Assembly: GCF_023055435.1 (NCBI RefSeq)
Contig: NW_025963913.1
Location: 5,642,001 to 5,706,000, forward strand
Origin: Haliotis rufescens
Taxonomy: Eukaryota
DNA length: 64,000 nucleotides
Direction of reading: 5' to 3'
In this document: in pieces, positions 25,328-38,871 of the stretch
Numbering within the stretch: position 1 is the first letter of the stretch
Layout of the letters: each line of letters begins with the position of its first letter
The notes under the pieces: model-generated
What the model saw: the letters and a program-made list of their open reading frames with translations, nothing else
Told to the model about the DNA's origin: nothing
The model's database searches: none
Made by a program: the position numbers and the translations under genes

Positions 25328-28156
25328 CACAGACACAATCTTGAAGTATCCTGGCGTTCTTGTACTGAGTAAAACACGGTATAAGATTGATCTGGATGGA
25401 CCTGTCTCTTGGACACACTGGCTTCAATGGGAATATGTTATACTAAAACCAATAACATGTTCTGCCATCGAGAACAACCTTCATCTGCTGCAGTGACATT
25501 TCTGGATGTGAAACTTGAAACATGCCTGTTCCGTTTTCTGAACAATTCCTGTCTATATTAAGGATCTTGTGTCTTGTATCTTCAGTTGTGTACAAGAAAC
25601 TTGACTTAACGTAATCTATGTTCTAGGAGCACAAAGTATGCAAATAAATGTACTTTCTCTTATTAAAGAAGATTATGTAAAGTGCTATATCTATAAAGGA
25701 ACCTTTCTGTATATTTCGCCTTTCGAGATACAAAGAAAGACAAAAGTGTTCTGTTTTTTTATGATTTAACTACTACATCAAGGAGAACAACATCGAATAA
25801 TATTGTACATATTTCTACTGGCATTACTGCGGCCAATAAATCTTCTTTTGTTTTACAATTCTTTGTTTATTTTGATTCAGTTAATGAAGGCATTTTCTTG
25901 ATGTATTAAGTAATTAATGACTTCTTAATAAGCATAACACTTCCTACGTTTTTGTAGAACTTAATTTCCCGGATGCAACACTAAATTCGTTTCATGGAAA
26001 ACGTAAAGGGGAACGAAAATTATGATTCGTGGTCAAGCTGTTTTTAGAAGAATTTCTTGGTGTGTGATATTAAAATGGGGAGGAATTCCCAAGGAGATAC
26101 ATGTAGAAATCTACGTGGTTCTGAGCGGACCCTTGTATGCCCAGAGAACGTAACTTATGTGAGTGAGTTGAGTTTAACGCCGCTTTGAACAGTTATCCAG
26201 TGAGTGAGTAACTGCGTGATACATCACGACGTGTCAGCTTAATGTGGGCGGAAAGCCTGAAGTGATACAGGTGTCAGTCGTTTACCAATTTGATAAAAAA
26301 AACCAACGAGCACGTGTAAAGTGCTGACAAACCAAGAAAAATAATCGACTCTCACAACACGCAGTTATAATACAACCCAAATATGGACTAAGAATACATT
26401 TATTAAATAAATTATACACTTTACAAACTTCACACATACACTCTGTCACTCTAACAAACACTTAAGGTTACTCAACCACACTAACAAGTACACTCATATT
26501 ATACTAACACTCCATCTCCTAAATCCCTTCATCAATACATCATTGAATCACCATCAGAACATGAATACAGCACAACATCAATACATTAATGCATCAATAC
26601 TTCACTACATCGACCCATGCATGTCAACAATCAATTATCTCACATTACACATTATTATGTACATAATATGCACAAAGTCATGTTCCTCACGCCTCCTGCC
26701 ACATCATCCTGTACACTGTACACCGTCTATGAGCCTAACACAGGTCTTACCCAGTCAAGATTAGCATTCTCATATACTTGGCCTCGTGTCGTCGAGGAGG
26801 CAAGGACATAAAATGAATGTCCCTGCCTCCTCATGTGCCCCTCTGTGTTCCCTGACACTGTACAACAAACGTATACACGTCAGTTTATAAACTAGTAACC
26901 ATTCACCTAACATTCAGTATTATATACTCAAAATGGTACACCCATAGTTATTCAGAATACCTCAGAATAACGACACACGGTTATTCAACATACATGAAGC
27001 ATGTGCAAGATCAGACTTCCGTCCGTATCCCCCCCTCAAATATATATATGATTAAAAGGATTGAGCGGCAATGCATACATATATAACTTTGGAGGGGGGA
27101 TACTGGGAGAGGTCTTTCCGTTCCTAGTTTACTATTCTATTACCACACACACANNNNNNNNNNNNNNNNNNNNNNNNNNNNNNNNNNNNNNNNNNNNNNN
27201 NNNNNNNNNNNNNNNNNNNNNNNNNNNNNNNNNNNNNNNNNNNNNNNNNNNNNNNNNNNNNNNNNNNNNNNNNNNNNNNNNNNCCACAAGATTGGAGATA
27301 CACCTAAACCAAAACCGTCCAACCATGATCGGAATTTGTATGGACTGAACTGAATTCAATCACACAGCTCATACAACAATAGATGTTTTCACTCCTGACC
27401 CAAGCAATCTTACATAACATCTTTGAAGCTCACAGCTTACATACAGTCAAACCAACTTGAGACAACTATATACAATGTGATCTTGACAAACACCGATTTG
27501 TGCTATTCAGAATTCGAAACGCTAAATCCCAGCCCTGTAATTATAAATACGAAGAGCAAAGTTTTTTTGCCTTATCTCGTATCTACAGCACAGGCCCAGA
27601 TTTCAAAGCATAAATTCTGTTATGAACTGATATTTAGGGTAAACAACCTAGATGAATTATGAATAACAATAATATGAAAATTGGATGTAGAATTATTACT
27701 GTCATTGGCAACATGTTTCATATAAGCCAGGGTAACCATATTGTTTAGACACTAGTCGATTTGAGAGAGAACCCATACGCAAGATTTTTCAAATTCTAGC
27801 GCCAGTGAAAATAATGTCTTGTGATGTGAAGTCAAATCAGATGAGCCCCCCAAGAACACTTTTCAAAGTTAGTGGGGGGCAAGGATTACCTCGAGATGTT
27901 ATGCGCAACAATTTCTGAGAAGAGTTATGTACAGGATCATTGGTTCGAATTCTGAGGTCGTCCTGATTATGATCCTCAGTTTGCCATAACTATACCGTTC
28001 AAAGCAGCGTTAACCTCAACTCAATCTCCATAGCAACTGCTTTTATGCTGCTTTGAACAGTAATTCAGTTACAGCAACACGTGTGAGCGTGATAAAAGCA
28101 GAACGAGCCTCTTGAGTATTTGTGATAAAACATCCTGGTTTATGCTAAAAACTAAG

Positions 28157-28192
28157 TGTGAGTGAGTGAGTGAGTGAGTGAGTGAGTGAGTG
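28157..28192. repeat. (GAGT)n microsatellite
   Basis: Directly visible. Confidence 0.9.
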
Positions 28193-28244
28193 AGGCGATC
28201 AGATCTGAAGGGTTCTAATAATTTGAGCGATGAGATGGTGGGCA

Positions 28245-29489
28245 TTTGGTCTTTAAAGAGGTCGCGGGTCATATTCAATATTTTCATTTGGCAGCCAACA
28301 TCACTAATATCAGTAATAACACTTCTGTTGGTCAGACATGAACAGATTCGTAGAGGCATGCTTCTGATGAGTCAATCATTGTCAGCTTGACTCAGATGTT
28401 CCAGTCATAAGTGAGAGCAACAGTAGTGGGTGGATGTTTACGTTGACCTACACGTCTGCCTATGGTGTTCATCGTCCCAGTGGAGTTCAGTGGGGAAAAG
28501 GTCAGGACTAAGTGCTGGCCGTGGCATGACATGGATGTTTTGCAGTTGGAGGAAGTTGGTCACAATCCTGGCACGATTGAGCGCAGTTAGGCCATTAGGT
28601 CATTATGATACTTCCCCATACCATTATGGACCCATCTCTAAAACGATCATGCTGTACGACATTAACGTCCATACAACTCTCATTAGGAGGTCTCCAAACC
28701 CGATTCCTACAGCCATGGAGGTCGAGATTGAACCTCCATTTGTGAGAAAACCTGACATTATCCCATTGTTGACGTTCCCTACACCACTGTCGCCTCTGAT
28801 TCAAATGAATTGCAGTAAGTTGTGGGATGACACGTAGACGTCGTGCACGCAAATGCCATCTGTGCAGACGATTTCGCACCGTCTGGGCATGTACTCTTAC
28901 CCCAGTTGCCTGTTGCAACCGGTCCCTTATCTGAGTGGCAGTTTGCAACCGATTTCTTAGTGACAACGTTCAGACTAATCTGTCCTGGGCCGGAGTTGTT
29001 GTCCTTGGGCGTCCAGAGTGGCGTCTATCATCGACGTTATGTGTTTGTTGGTATCGGACCCACAATCTGCTGATGACAGATTGAAAAACAGTCAACGTTT
29101 GGGTAACAATAATCTGGCATGTGCCCACCTCAACATGCCTGTGGCACGTAAACGTTTAGCACGTACAAGCGTCGCATGATCAATGTTGTTGCTTCCTTAA
29201 TGATTAAATATGTTCAATAAAGTGTCTTTGAGCGTTTGATTGAAGAAAACAATATGCACCTGCTCACAACCGAATCTGAGTGACAATGATATATCTAGCA
29301 TACCACCCCTTGCACGTGCTGCCCCAGGACACGTGCTTCATGACTGTCACAATGTTGTGTTTGGTAACTTGATTTTTTTCGGAAATAGTCCCTCCACATA
29401 AATCACTTACTTTCACTGCTAGACATTAGTGTGTTTTTCCTCTTGTTTCACCTCAATACAAAATATCCCCTACTTTTAAGCATAGCATA
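28245..29489 (-). mobile_element. Tc1-like relic, same family as 17752-19127 in opposite orientation; terminal piece also at about 36578-36725
   Basis: TVRNRLH...RNRVWR...GSIMVWG peptide; 29100-29489 is the reverse complement of about 17760-18150. Confidence 0.85.
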
Positions 29490-30165
29490 TGTCAAATTCG
29501 TAGTGAAACTTTTGCGTACAAACCTCTTTTGACACTTTCTTGTGAAAATAGAAACTGATCAGAAATAAAACTACGTTTGAAGCATGTTGGAGATGTGATG
29601 ATGCCGACAGTTATTGAAACTTATTTGTTTATGCATATTTACTTTTTCTCATATATCCAATTTTCATTTTCAATAAATATAAGAAAATCAATTAGTTTTG
29701 ACGTTCGATTGTTATGAAAGAGGGAGACTCACAGAGCAATATGTAACATTGATTTATTTTAACACATAAGCACAATCTGACCGATACAGTTGAAACCCCA
29801 TTCGGGCAGGAACAATATGATCTGTCAGATTTATTCAAAGGCCTATACCAGGGTGTTCAATAAAATAGCAATTCCGCGTGGAGGGTGAATGACTCAATTT
29901 ACGAGGCAACGCAGTAACCACCGTAATTAATAAAACGCTGAGATTTCAATGCCCGAAAATGAAGGTGACTTCCAGGGACATGTCGTGTTGAAAGCCGTAA
30001 GCCACATGACTACTTTGGACCAATGAACTCAGTGCCAATGTATGACTCTGTAACTATGTAAACATATACATAAGGAGTCATAATAAGTTTGAGACAATTT
30101 GTCTTGAAGTGCGTGAGAGGGAAGCAGGAACCGTTCGCCCCTTAACAAAATTACCTTGTTTTACA

Positions 30166-31889
30166 ATGGCAGAACAATCTACTATCGATTTGGAGAACCG
30201 AGATCCTAACAACATCAACGATCATTTGAAGGTAAATGAATCTAAGCACATATTCATGCCCACATTATGTGAATATATACCTGTAAATTAAAAGCAGGTA
30301 ATTGTATATCAATATACCGACAAAAAAATAAGGGAGATATAGTTGAGCTAAATATTTACAATAACTGTTTTATCACAATGAAATTTTACATCATGCATGA
30401 ACGTTCACACAGAAGTCAAAGTGTGTCCGCCTTCAGGGTTACTCACAATCACTAAAGATTTCCGTCCAATAACAGGAAGGCTAATTTCAACATCTACCGT
30501 AAAAAACCGGCTCTATGCAGCCCGCCTCAAAATAAGACGTCCTGTGAAGGGTGTGACCCTAACAGCTAACCATGGGCGGCAAGGATTTGGATGGACTAGG
30601 CAACAGGGGTTTGGTGTCACACCATGCAGAAAACGTTGTTGGCGACGTAGCCGCGAGCGGTATTGGCAGGACAACAATTCTTGACGATGATCGGTATGGG
30701 AGCGGGGTTGTGTCATGGTTAGGGGTTTACTTAACATGACAGGCGAACTACTTTTTTGTGTGAATGGACAATTGACTGGCCATCGATATGTTGATGTTCC
30801 ATTCTTCCATTCGCTAGAGTTATCGGCAGAAATTTGTAACTGCAAAATAACAATGCCTGACCACATCGTGCCTAGGTCGTCACCGATTATCACAGACGAG
30901 AAGGCATACGGACATTGTTCTGGTCCGCTAAGCCCCCTGACATGTCCCCAAATGAGCATCCGGGGATGTTCTCGGGCGGGGCGTGTACGCCAGAGACCCA
31001 GCACCCGCCAACGTGGCACGGATTGGGGTAGCTCTTAATGTAGAATGACGGGCAATACCAAGTGCAATCATACGCATGTTGATCAACACTACGCCATCAA
31101 GGTCCATATTGATCTTCAAGTTCAAAATGAGGTTTAGGACATTCAGTTCTTAGACCTTCACTGTCATTCCATCATTTCACTTAGTTTTTGTCGGTAGTAT
31201 ACTTTGATATCTTCATGCCTGGTATGGGGGCATTTCCTTGTGAGAAGCTCATGAACACATGAACACATGCAAACACGACAATGGTTGAATCATTCATGTA
31301 AGCATGTGTCCTATCATTGTTTGAGATGTGTACGCCAGATTGAAAATTACGTACTTCGCTTGAAAAGATAGGTAATTCTATTTTTTCCACCCAGTGTGTT
31401 TCGAGTGATTTGTAATATGACACTTATAATAGGAAAGAATTCAATTCCTTTGACTTAAATATACTGTATGATATGATCATGCATTTTTTTCAGATGATGT
31501 GAATTCACATATCAGATAACCTAATGCGTTCTAACTGACGTTTCATGTTTTACAACCCACAGGTCCAGTTTGAGGATGTTTTGGCGGAGCCCGAAGGTGC
31601 CCACAGCATTGATTGCTGCTGGAAGTTTACCAACACATGCTTCAACTGCGCCTTCAAATGCTGCTACATGTTGATGACCCTTTGTGGACCTCTCTACGGC
31701 CTCTACTACGGTTGGAGTTACGCCATGCTTGCCTGTGCTCACGTGTGGCAGTACACACCACAGATCAAAGCTTGCGAGATCAACTGCGTCATGATGAGGA
31801 AAATATACACCATCTGCCTCAACTGCTGCCTGACGCCATGCTGCGAGTCCTGCGGAGCCGTCTTCAGCAGAATTCAAGTCAAACAATAA
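30166..31889 (+). CDS. Caveolin-like gene unit 6 (B), 130 aa; exons 30166-30231 + 31563-31889
   Basis: Exon 1 MAEQSTIDLENRDPNNINDHLK|GTAAAT; CAG acceptor; intact exon 2. AATAAA at 32515. Confidence 0.95.
30430..31190 (+). mobile_element. Tc1-like relic in the unit-6 intron; same family at 34960-35790 (unit-7 intron) and 54860-55330
   Basis: TVKNRLYAARLK, CWRRSRER; sibling copy has GRGRPKKTTP and WPAKSPDLSPKEH...GHTRY. Confidence 0.8.
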
Positions 31890-34042
31890 CTCAATATGGA
31901 AGTATCCTGGCGTTCTTGTACTGAGTAAAACACAGTATACGATTGGCCTGGATGTCTCTTGGACACACTGGCTTCAATGGGAATATGTTATACTAAAACC
32001 AATAACTTGTTCTGCCATCGAGAACAACCTTCATCTGCTGCAGTGACATTTGTGGAAGTGAAACTTGAAACATACCTCTTCCGTTTTTTAACAATTCCTG
32101 TGTATATTAAGGATACTGTGTAGCATTTCACGGGGCTTATATGTTCAGCTGTATTCAAGAAACTTGACTTAACGTAATCTTTGTTCTAGGAAACATGCCT
32201 GTTCCGTTTTCTGAACAATTCCTGTGTATTTTAAGGATCTTGTGTAATATTTAACCTGTTTGGTATCTTCAGTTGTGTACAAGAAATTTGACTTAGAGTA
32301 ATCTATATTCTAGGAGCACAAAGTATGCATATAAAAGTACTTTCTCTTATTAAAATAAATATGTAAAGTGTTATGTTTATACAAGAACCTTGCTGTATAT
32401 TTCGCCTTTCGAGGTACAAAGAAGGTCAAAAGTGTGTGTTATTAACAAAAATATTCATCAAGTGGTACAACATCGAATAATATTGTACATATTTCTTCTG
32501 GTATTTCTGCGACAAATAAATCTTCTTTTGTCATACAATTCTTTGTTTAGTTTGACTTTTAATTCATTTGATAAAGGCATCTTTTTATTGTATGGGCACA
32601 CGTACAAGTAAACATGTGTCGCACAAACAATCTTATGATAAACAATTATGTTGATAATAATTAGTATTTAATGACTTCATTGATAAGCATAACACTTTCT
32701 GCGTTTGTGTAGAACTTAATTTCCCGGATGCAACACTAAATTCGTTTCATGGAAAACGTGAAGGGGAACGAAAATTATAATTCGTGGTCAAGCTGTTTTA
32801 GAAGAATTTCTTGGTGTGTGATATTAAAATGGGGAGGAATTCTCAAGGAGATGCATGTCTACGTGGTTCTAGGCGGACCCTCGTTTGCCCAGAGAACGTA
32901 ACTTACATGAGTGAGTTGAGTTTAACGCCGCTTTGAACCATACTCCAGTTCCATCACGGCGTGTCAGCTAAGGTGAGAGGAAATCCGGAAGTGATGCAGG
33001 TCACAGACGTTGACGACATTGATTAAACCCACGAGCATGGATATTGTTCTGAGAAACATAAACATAAACAGGGTGAACAGGGATTCAAACCGACGATCAT
33101 AGGTTTCTGTTCTGGCCAAGGGACGCGACTCTGCACAGCGAATGTCCAGAGCCTTGTACAATTGGATAAGCTGAGGATAAATATAGTTACAACATTAATG
33201 AAAATAGAAGCAATCAATCCTAATGGAGCCTTTTTTCTGGTCACATAGGGGTGTGTGAGGCACAGTGGTCTGAGACGTCGACATCTGCTGTGTCAATTGT
33301 GGGTTCAAATAACAGACCTAATTCGATCCGTGGAATAATAACACTAGCCCCATGAGCGTGAGTGTCGCCAATTAAAGTAAAAAGAGTCAAGTAGCAAGCT
33401 TGATATTTCTGCAATGCAATTATTCAAAGAGGCGTAAAACGCAAACCATTCACCAACCCACTCACTCACTCACAAGCATATGTACTTGTTAAATCCTAAC
33501 GCTTTTAAAATCGAATGAAACCTTTGTATGTAAACTTTACTTCAGAAAATAATAAATAAAAAAAGCAACATTTCTTTTGAAGTAAGTTGATTAAAAACCT
33601 GGACCCACTGGTGATGTGGTGATGCTGAAGACTGTTGTTTTCGATAACAATTTATACTTTATTTATTTATGAACGTTTTTCTCAAATATCAAATTTCATT
33701 TTCAATCTGTATAAGAAAATCATTTATTTTTTAAAGTTTGATTGTTAAGAAATGGGTAGAACTCACGAAAGGATATGTAACCTTGATTAACTTGAGCTCG
33801 AACGTACGGCTCACTTAAACACAATTTAACGGAAGAATTTGAAACCTTTTTCGAAAGGCATAATAGAATCAGTCAGATTTATTCAAAGGCCCATTCTTAG
33901 GTCTTCAATAAAAAAGCAATTCCGTTCGGAAGGTGAATGACTAAAAGTATTTAGGAGGCAACGCAGTAACCACCGTCATCAACAAAGGGACTAATACTGA
34001 GATTTCAATGCCCGAAAATAAGAGTGACTTCTTGGGACATGT

Positions 34043-34316
34043 GGGGGCACTGGTGGCCCAGTCGTCTGTGCGATTCGCTGTGCAGAGTTGCGTCCCTTGG
34101 GCACGACAGAAACCTATGATTGTGGGTTCGAATCCCAGTTCACCTCGATTATGTTTCTAGGTTTGTCAGGACCATACCCGTGCTCATGGGTTTCACCGAA
34201 GTGGTAAACTTCTGAGATCTGCATCACTTCGGGCTTTCCTCCCACATTAAGCTGACACGCCGCGATATAACTGTAATACTGTTAAAAGCGGCGTTAAACC
34301 CAATTCACTCACACAC
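34043..34316 (+). mobile_element. tRNA-derived SINE inserted in the unit-7 promoter; minus-strand copies near 32908-33165, 38190-38375, 44068-44290, 45860-46070, 26156-26330, 22560-22720
   Basis: A-box TGGCCCAGTCG, B-box GGTTCGAATCC, tail aaaagcggcgttaaac...cactcac. Absent at the homologous site of units 5 and 6. Confidence 0.78.
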
Positions 34317-34456
34317 TCTTGTTTATAGCAGTAAACCACATGACTACTTTGGACCAATGAACTCAGTGTTATTTTGTGATCCTGTTACTTTGTAAACATA
34401 TACATAAGCAGGTCGTAATAAGTTTGAGACACTTTGTCTTGAAGGTAAATCTCAAA

Positions 34457-36474
34457 ATGGCAGAACAACCTATTATCGATTTGTTGAACCGAGATCCTGA
34501 CAACATCAACGACCATGTGAAGGTAAATGAATATATGCTCATATTTACAATAGAATAAAGATAACCTGTAAATTAACAACGCAATTAATTGATTATAAAT
34601 AAACCAACAAATGTTAAGGGAACTAATGTTTTGAATGTAGCTATCGTTGGGGTGGACATGTAAAATACCATGGCGTTGCATCTGAACGCCTCTCTAATCA
34701 CAATGAGATTTCACATCATGTATGCACGTTCATGCAGAAGCCAAAGTGTATACGCCAACAGACGAGATTAGGGGCAGTGGGGTAGCCTAGTGGTTAAAGC
34801 GTTCCCTCGTCACACCAAAGGCCTGGGTTCGATTCTCCACATGGGTACAATGTGTGAAGCCCATTTCCGGTGTCCTCCGCCGTGTAATTGCTGGAATATT
34901 GCTAAAAGCGGCGAAAAACCATACTCAATCACAGCATGCAATCACTAATGCAATGAGCTGAGCACATGCTTAAAAATACCTCCGAGACAGTATCTCAATG
35001 AACAGACAAAATGGAGGTGGGACATGTATCGTCAAACGGTTGAGGCTGCAATTAGACCTGGGCGTGGCAGGCCTAAAAAAACGACACCTAAACAATGTCG
35101 TCTCATTACATTAATTGCCCCACGCAATAGATTGAAATCTTGGCGTTCTGTGAAAGGTGTGACACTAAACAGCTTGGGCTGGGCTAGGCAACACCAGAGA
35201 CCAGCTGTGCGCCAATGGCGTTACACAATGTACAGAGTTCAATCAAGGTTTTGCCCTCGATTCACAGATGGCAGAAGACATTGTTGGCGACGTAGCGGCG
35301 AACGTTATACCAGGGCAAAAAATCTTGAAAGCGGTAGTTTCTTGGTGTGTGGTGGTATCACACATGACAATCTTGTTTTTCTGAATGGACAGTTGACTAA
35401 CCAGAAATAAGGTGACACAAGTTTCGTTCGCTAGAGTTATCGGCCGAAATTTGTAACTGCAAATGACAATGTCTGACCACATCGTGGCCAGGTCGTCAAC
35501 GATTATCACAGACGTGGAGCCATTCGGACTTTGGACTGGCCCGCTAAGTCGCCTGACTTATCCCCAAAAGAGCATCTGAGGGGTATTTCTATGCGGAGTG
35601 TGTTCACTAGAAGACCCAGCACACGCCAACGTGGCACAGATTGGGGTAGCTCTTCAATGGCGGGCAATACCAATACTATCAACACTATACCAACAAGGTG
35701 TCGTGCATGTATCTCCCAACATGCTGGACACACCAGATATTGATCTTCAAGCTCGAAATTAGGTTTAGAGACATCTTCACTGTCATTTCATCAGTTCCCT
35801 AAAGTTTTGCCGGCAGTATTCTTTAATATCTTCATACCTGGTATAGGAACATTTTCTTGTGAGAAGCTCATGAACACATGAACACATACACACACGACAA
35901 TGGTTGAATCATACATGTAAATATGATATTGCATCCCATCATTGTTCGAGATGTGTGTACGCCAGGATGGAAAAGTATATGCTTCGTTTGAAAAGATAGG
36001 TAATTCTATTTTTTCCATCCAGTGTGTTTCGAATGATTTGTACGAAAACATTAAGAAATAATCCTAAACGATAGAGTTTTTCGTATTTTTAGGGGCGGTG
36101 GTGGTTAAAGCGTTCGCTGGTCACGCCAAAGACTCACTTACTTAATTTGGGACATGGCCTTTGTTGTGGTGTAATCATGACAACCAATATTGATTAAAAG
36201 CACACCATATTATATAAAACGACAACTATAATACGACACAATTCGTTTCCTTTGACTAAAATATACTGCATAAAATAGTTATGAACATATTAGATAACTT
36301 GTGCGCTCTAACTAACTTTTCCTCCTTTAAAACCCTCAGCGCCTGTTTGAGGATGACTTTGAGGAGCCCGAAGGTGTCCACAGCATTGGCAAGTCCAAGT
36401 CAAACAACAACGCAATCTCGAACAAGCCTGGCATTCCAAATGGTGAAACATCAGTGCAAAATGGGTCTCGGTGA
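34457..36474 (+). pseudogene. Caveolin-like unit 7: probable pseudogene with internally deleted exon 2 (exon 1 34457-34522; exon-2 remnant from 36340)
   Basis: Exon 1 MAEQPIIDLLNRDPDNINDHVK|GTAAAT is intact. After aaccctcAG the remnant reads RLFEDDFEEPEGVHSIG, then jumps to the gene's 3' end (caagtcaaacaa). About 255 nt covering the scaffolding, membrane and spoke regions are missing and the frame is shifted. Confidence 0.85.
34770..34932 (+). mobile_element. Short tRNA-derived SINE; second copy 39465-39630, degenerate copies near 17157-17275 and 36090-36140
   Basis: GGGTAGCCTAGTGGTTAAAGCG...GGGTTCGATTC head plus body ggtacaatgtgtgaa.cccattt and tail aatattgctaaa.gcggcg.aaaacc. Confidence 0.82.
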
Positions 36475-37259
36475 CTCTAGCACACATTGTCTTTAATGGG
36501 AATATGTCAAGTCAAATAAAAGCACAGTAATCTTGGTTGGTCGGTTGGTTTGCTGTTCAACGCCACGTCCGAGGCGTCATGACTGTCACAATGTTTTGTT
36601 TGGTATCTTGTTTTAAAAAAGAAGAAGTTCTTTCCACATAAATTACTTACTTTCATTGCTAGACATTAATGTGTTTTCCTGTAGTTTCACCTCAATACAA
36701 AACATCCCCAACTTCATTGCACAGAATATATCAAATTCGTAGTGAAACCTTTGGAGATAAACCTCTTTTAACACTTTCTTCTCAATTAGTTTTAATGTTC
36801 GATTGTTATGAAAAGAGAAATCACTAAGCAATATGTAACATTGATTTACTTGAACACATAAGCACAGTTTGACGGATTCAGGTGACACCCCAAATGTATA
36901 GGCACAATAGGATCTGTCAGATTTATTCAAAGGCCTATACCAGGGTGTTCAATAAAATAGCAATTCCGCGTGGAGAGTGACTCTATTTACGAGGCAACGC
37001 AGTAACCACCGTCATCAATAAAGAAACAAACGCTGAGATTTCAATACCCGAAAATAAGGGAGACTTCTCTGTAGCAGTCAACCACATGACTACTTTGGAC
37101 CAATCAACTCAGTGCCAGTGTATGATCCTGTAACTATGTGAACATATACATAAGGAGGTCGAAGTGAGTTTGAGACACTTTGCCTTGAAGTGCGCTAGAG
37201 AGTAGCAGGAACCGTTTGCTCCAAAGTATCGCCCTTCAGGAAAGTCATCTTGTTTCACA

Positions 37260-38871
37260 ATGGCAGAACAATCTACTATCGATTTGGAGAACCGAGATCC
37301 TAACAACATCAACGACCATTTGAAGGTAACTGAATCTATGCTTATGTGTATGCACCACATTATGTGAAAATTTATCTGTTAATTTAAAATTAATTGAATA
37401 TTAATACTTTAATATCTTTATACCTCATATATTTCATTTCATATCATTTCTCGTGAACATATGCAAACACGACAATGGTGTTTCATACATGTAAAAATGT
37501 ACCCTATCATTGTTTGAGATGTATGTTCCCCAAATTACATACATCGTTAGAAAAGATACGGAATTTATGGAAGCGTATTATTGCCACAGTCTAACACTAA
37601 CATCTACGTACATAATACTTTCATCTACGTATCGATGTTACTTACCTTTACGTAGATGGTACTATAATCTACGAAGATGGTGTTTTCGGAGACGATTCGT
37701 TTGACTTTCTACCTTTCTAAACATTGCATAAAGTAAATCTTTCAATGTGTTGAAGTTACTTGAGAATGACACACACTCTCTTACAGCCGTAATAAAGAGA
37801 GGAGAGCACGAAATGTTGTCCAAACTACAAGCAAAGAACAATAGGTTATTATTCAAAATTTTAGCGAGGTAATATATCAACCATAACATGGTTAAAGACG
37901 AAGAAATCTCTACTCGAATATGATTTCTCCATAACGGAAATTGGGTTTAGAGGTTAAACTTGAATATGAAGGAGTCATAATCACTCAAACAATGAAAACT
38001 TATAACCTATATCAAACCAATACTCATCATCATCCCATGAAACAATGAAACACTTTTATTTTAGTGTTTGATTGACATTTTGAATGATCTCATGCTCCCT
38101 AACATTTAATTTAATTAACAGTAACTAAGAAAACACCTTTATTTGAAATATTAATGTTTGTTTAAACTAGTATCCAGCTGGGGTCGCAACTAAGTGATGC
38201 AGGTCTCAGGCGTTTGCCAACTTTGTGAAATCCACGAGCACGGGTATGGTGCTGAAGAACCTAAAAAACTTAATAGGAGCTAACCGGGATTCGAACTCAC
38301 GATCATAGGTTTCTGACGTGCCCAAGGCATGCAACTCTACACTGAAATTTGCGGAGCCTTAAACGACTGGAAAAAGCTGATGACAAGTACCAATGTACTA
38401 ACAGTTTAGTTCAATAAAATAAGAAGCAATCTATCCATCTGTATCACTAAATACTCCTTTGACTAAAATATACCGTACAGTACAATTCAGATATCACATT
38501 ACCTAATGCGTTCTAACTGACGATTCCTATTTTACAACCCACAGGTCCAGTTTGAGGATGTTTTGGCTGAGCCCGAAGGTGCACACAGCATTGACTGTTG
38601 CTGGAAGTTTACCAACACATGCTTCAACTGCGCCTTCAAATGCTGCTACATGTTGATGACCCTTTGTGGGCCTCTCTACGGCCTCTACTACGGTTGGAGT
38701 TACGCCATGCTTGCCTGTGCTCACGTGTGGCAGTACACACCACAGATCAGAGCTTGCGAAATTAATTGCATCATGTTCAGGAAAATATACACCATCTGCC
38801 TCAACTGCTGCCTGACGCCATGCTGCGAGTCTTGTGGTGCCGTCTTCAGCAGGATACAAGTCAAACAATAA
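37260..38871 (+). CDS. Caveolin-like gene unit 8 (B), 130 aa; exons 37260-37325 + 38545-38871
   Basis: Exon 1 MAEQSTIDLENRDPNNINDHLK|GTAACT; CAG acceptor; intact exon 2. AATAAA at 39269. Confidence 0.95.

Noticed and set aside
34770-34845. Functional tRNA genes (also 39465, 34043, 59600)
   Set aside because: Imperfect cloverleaves continuing into shared SINE bodies and tails.
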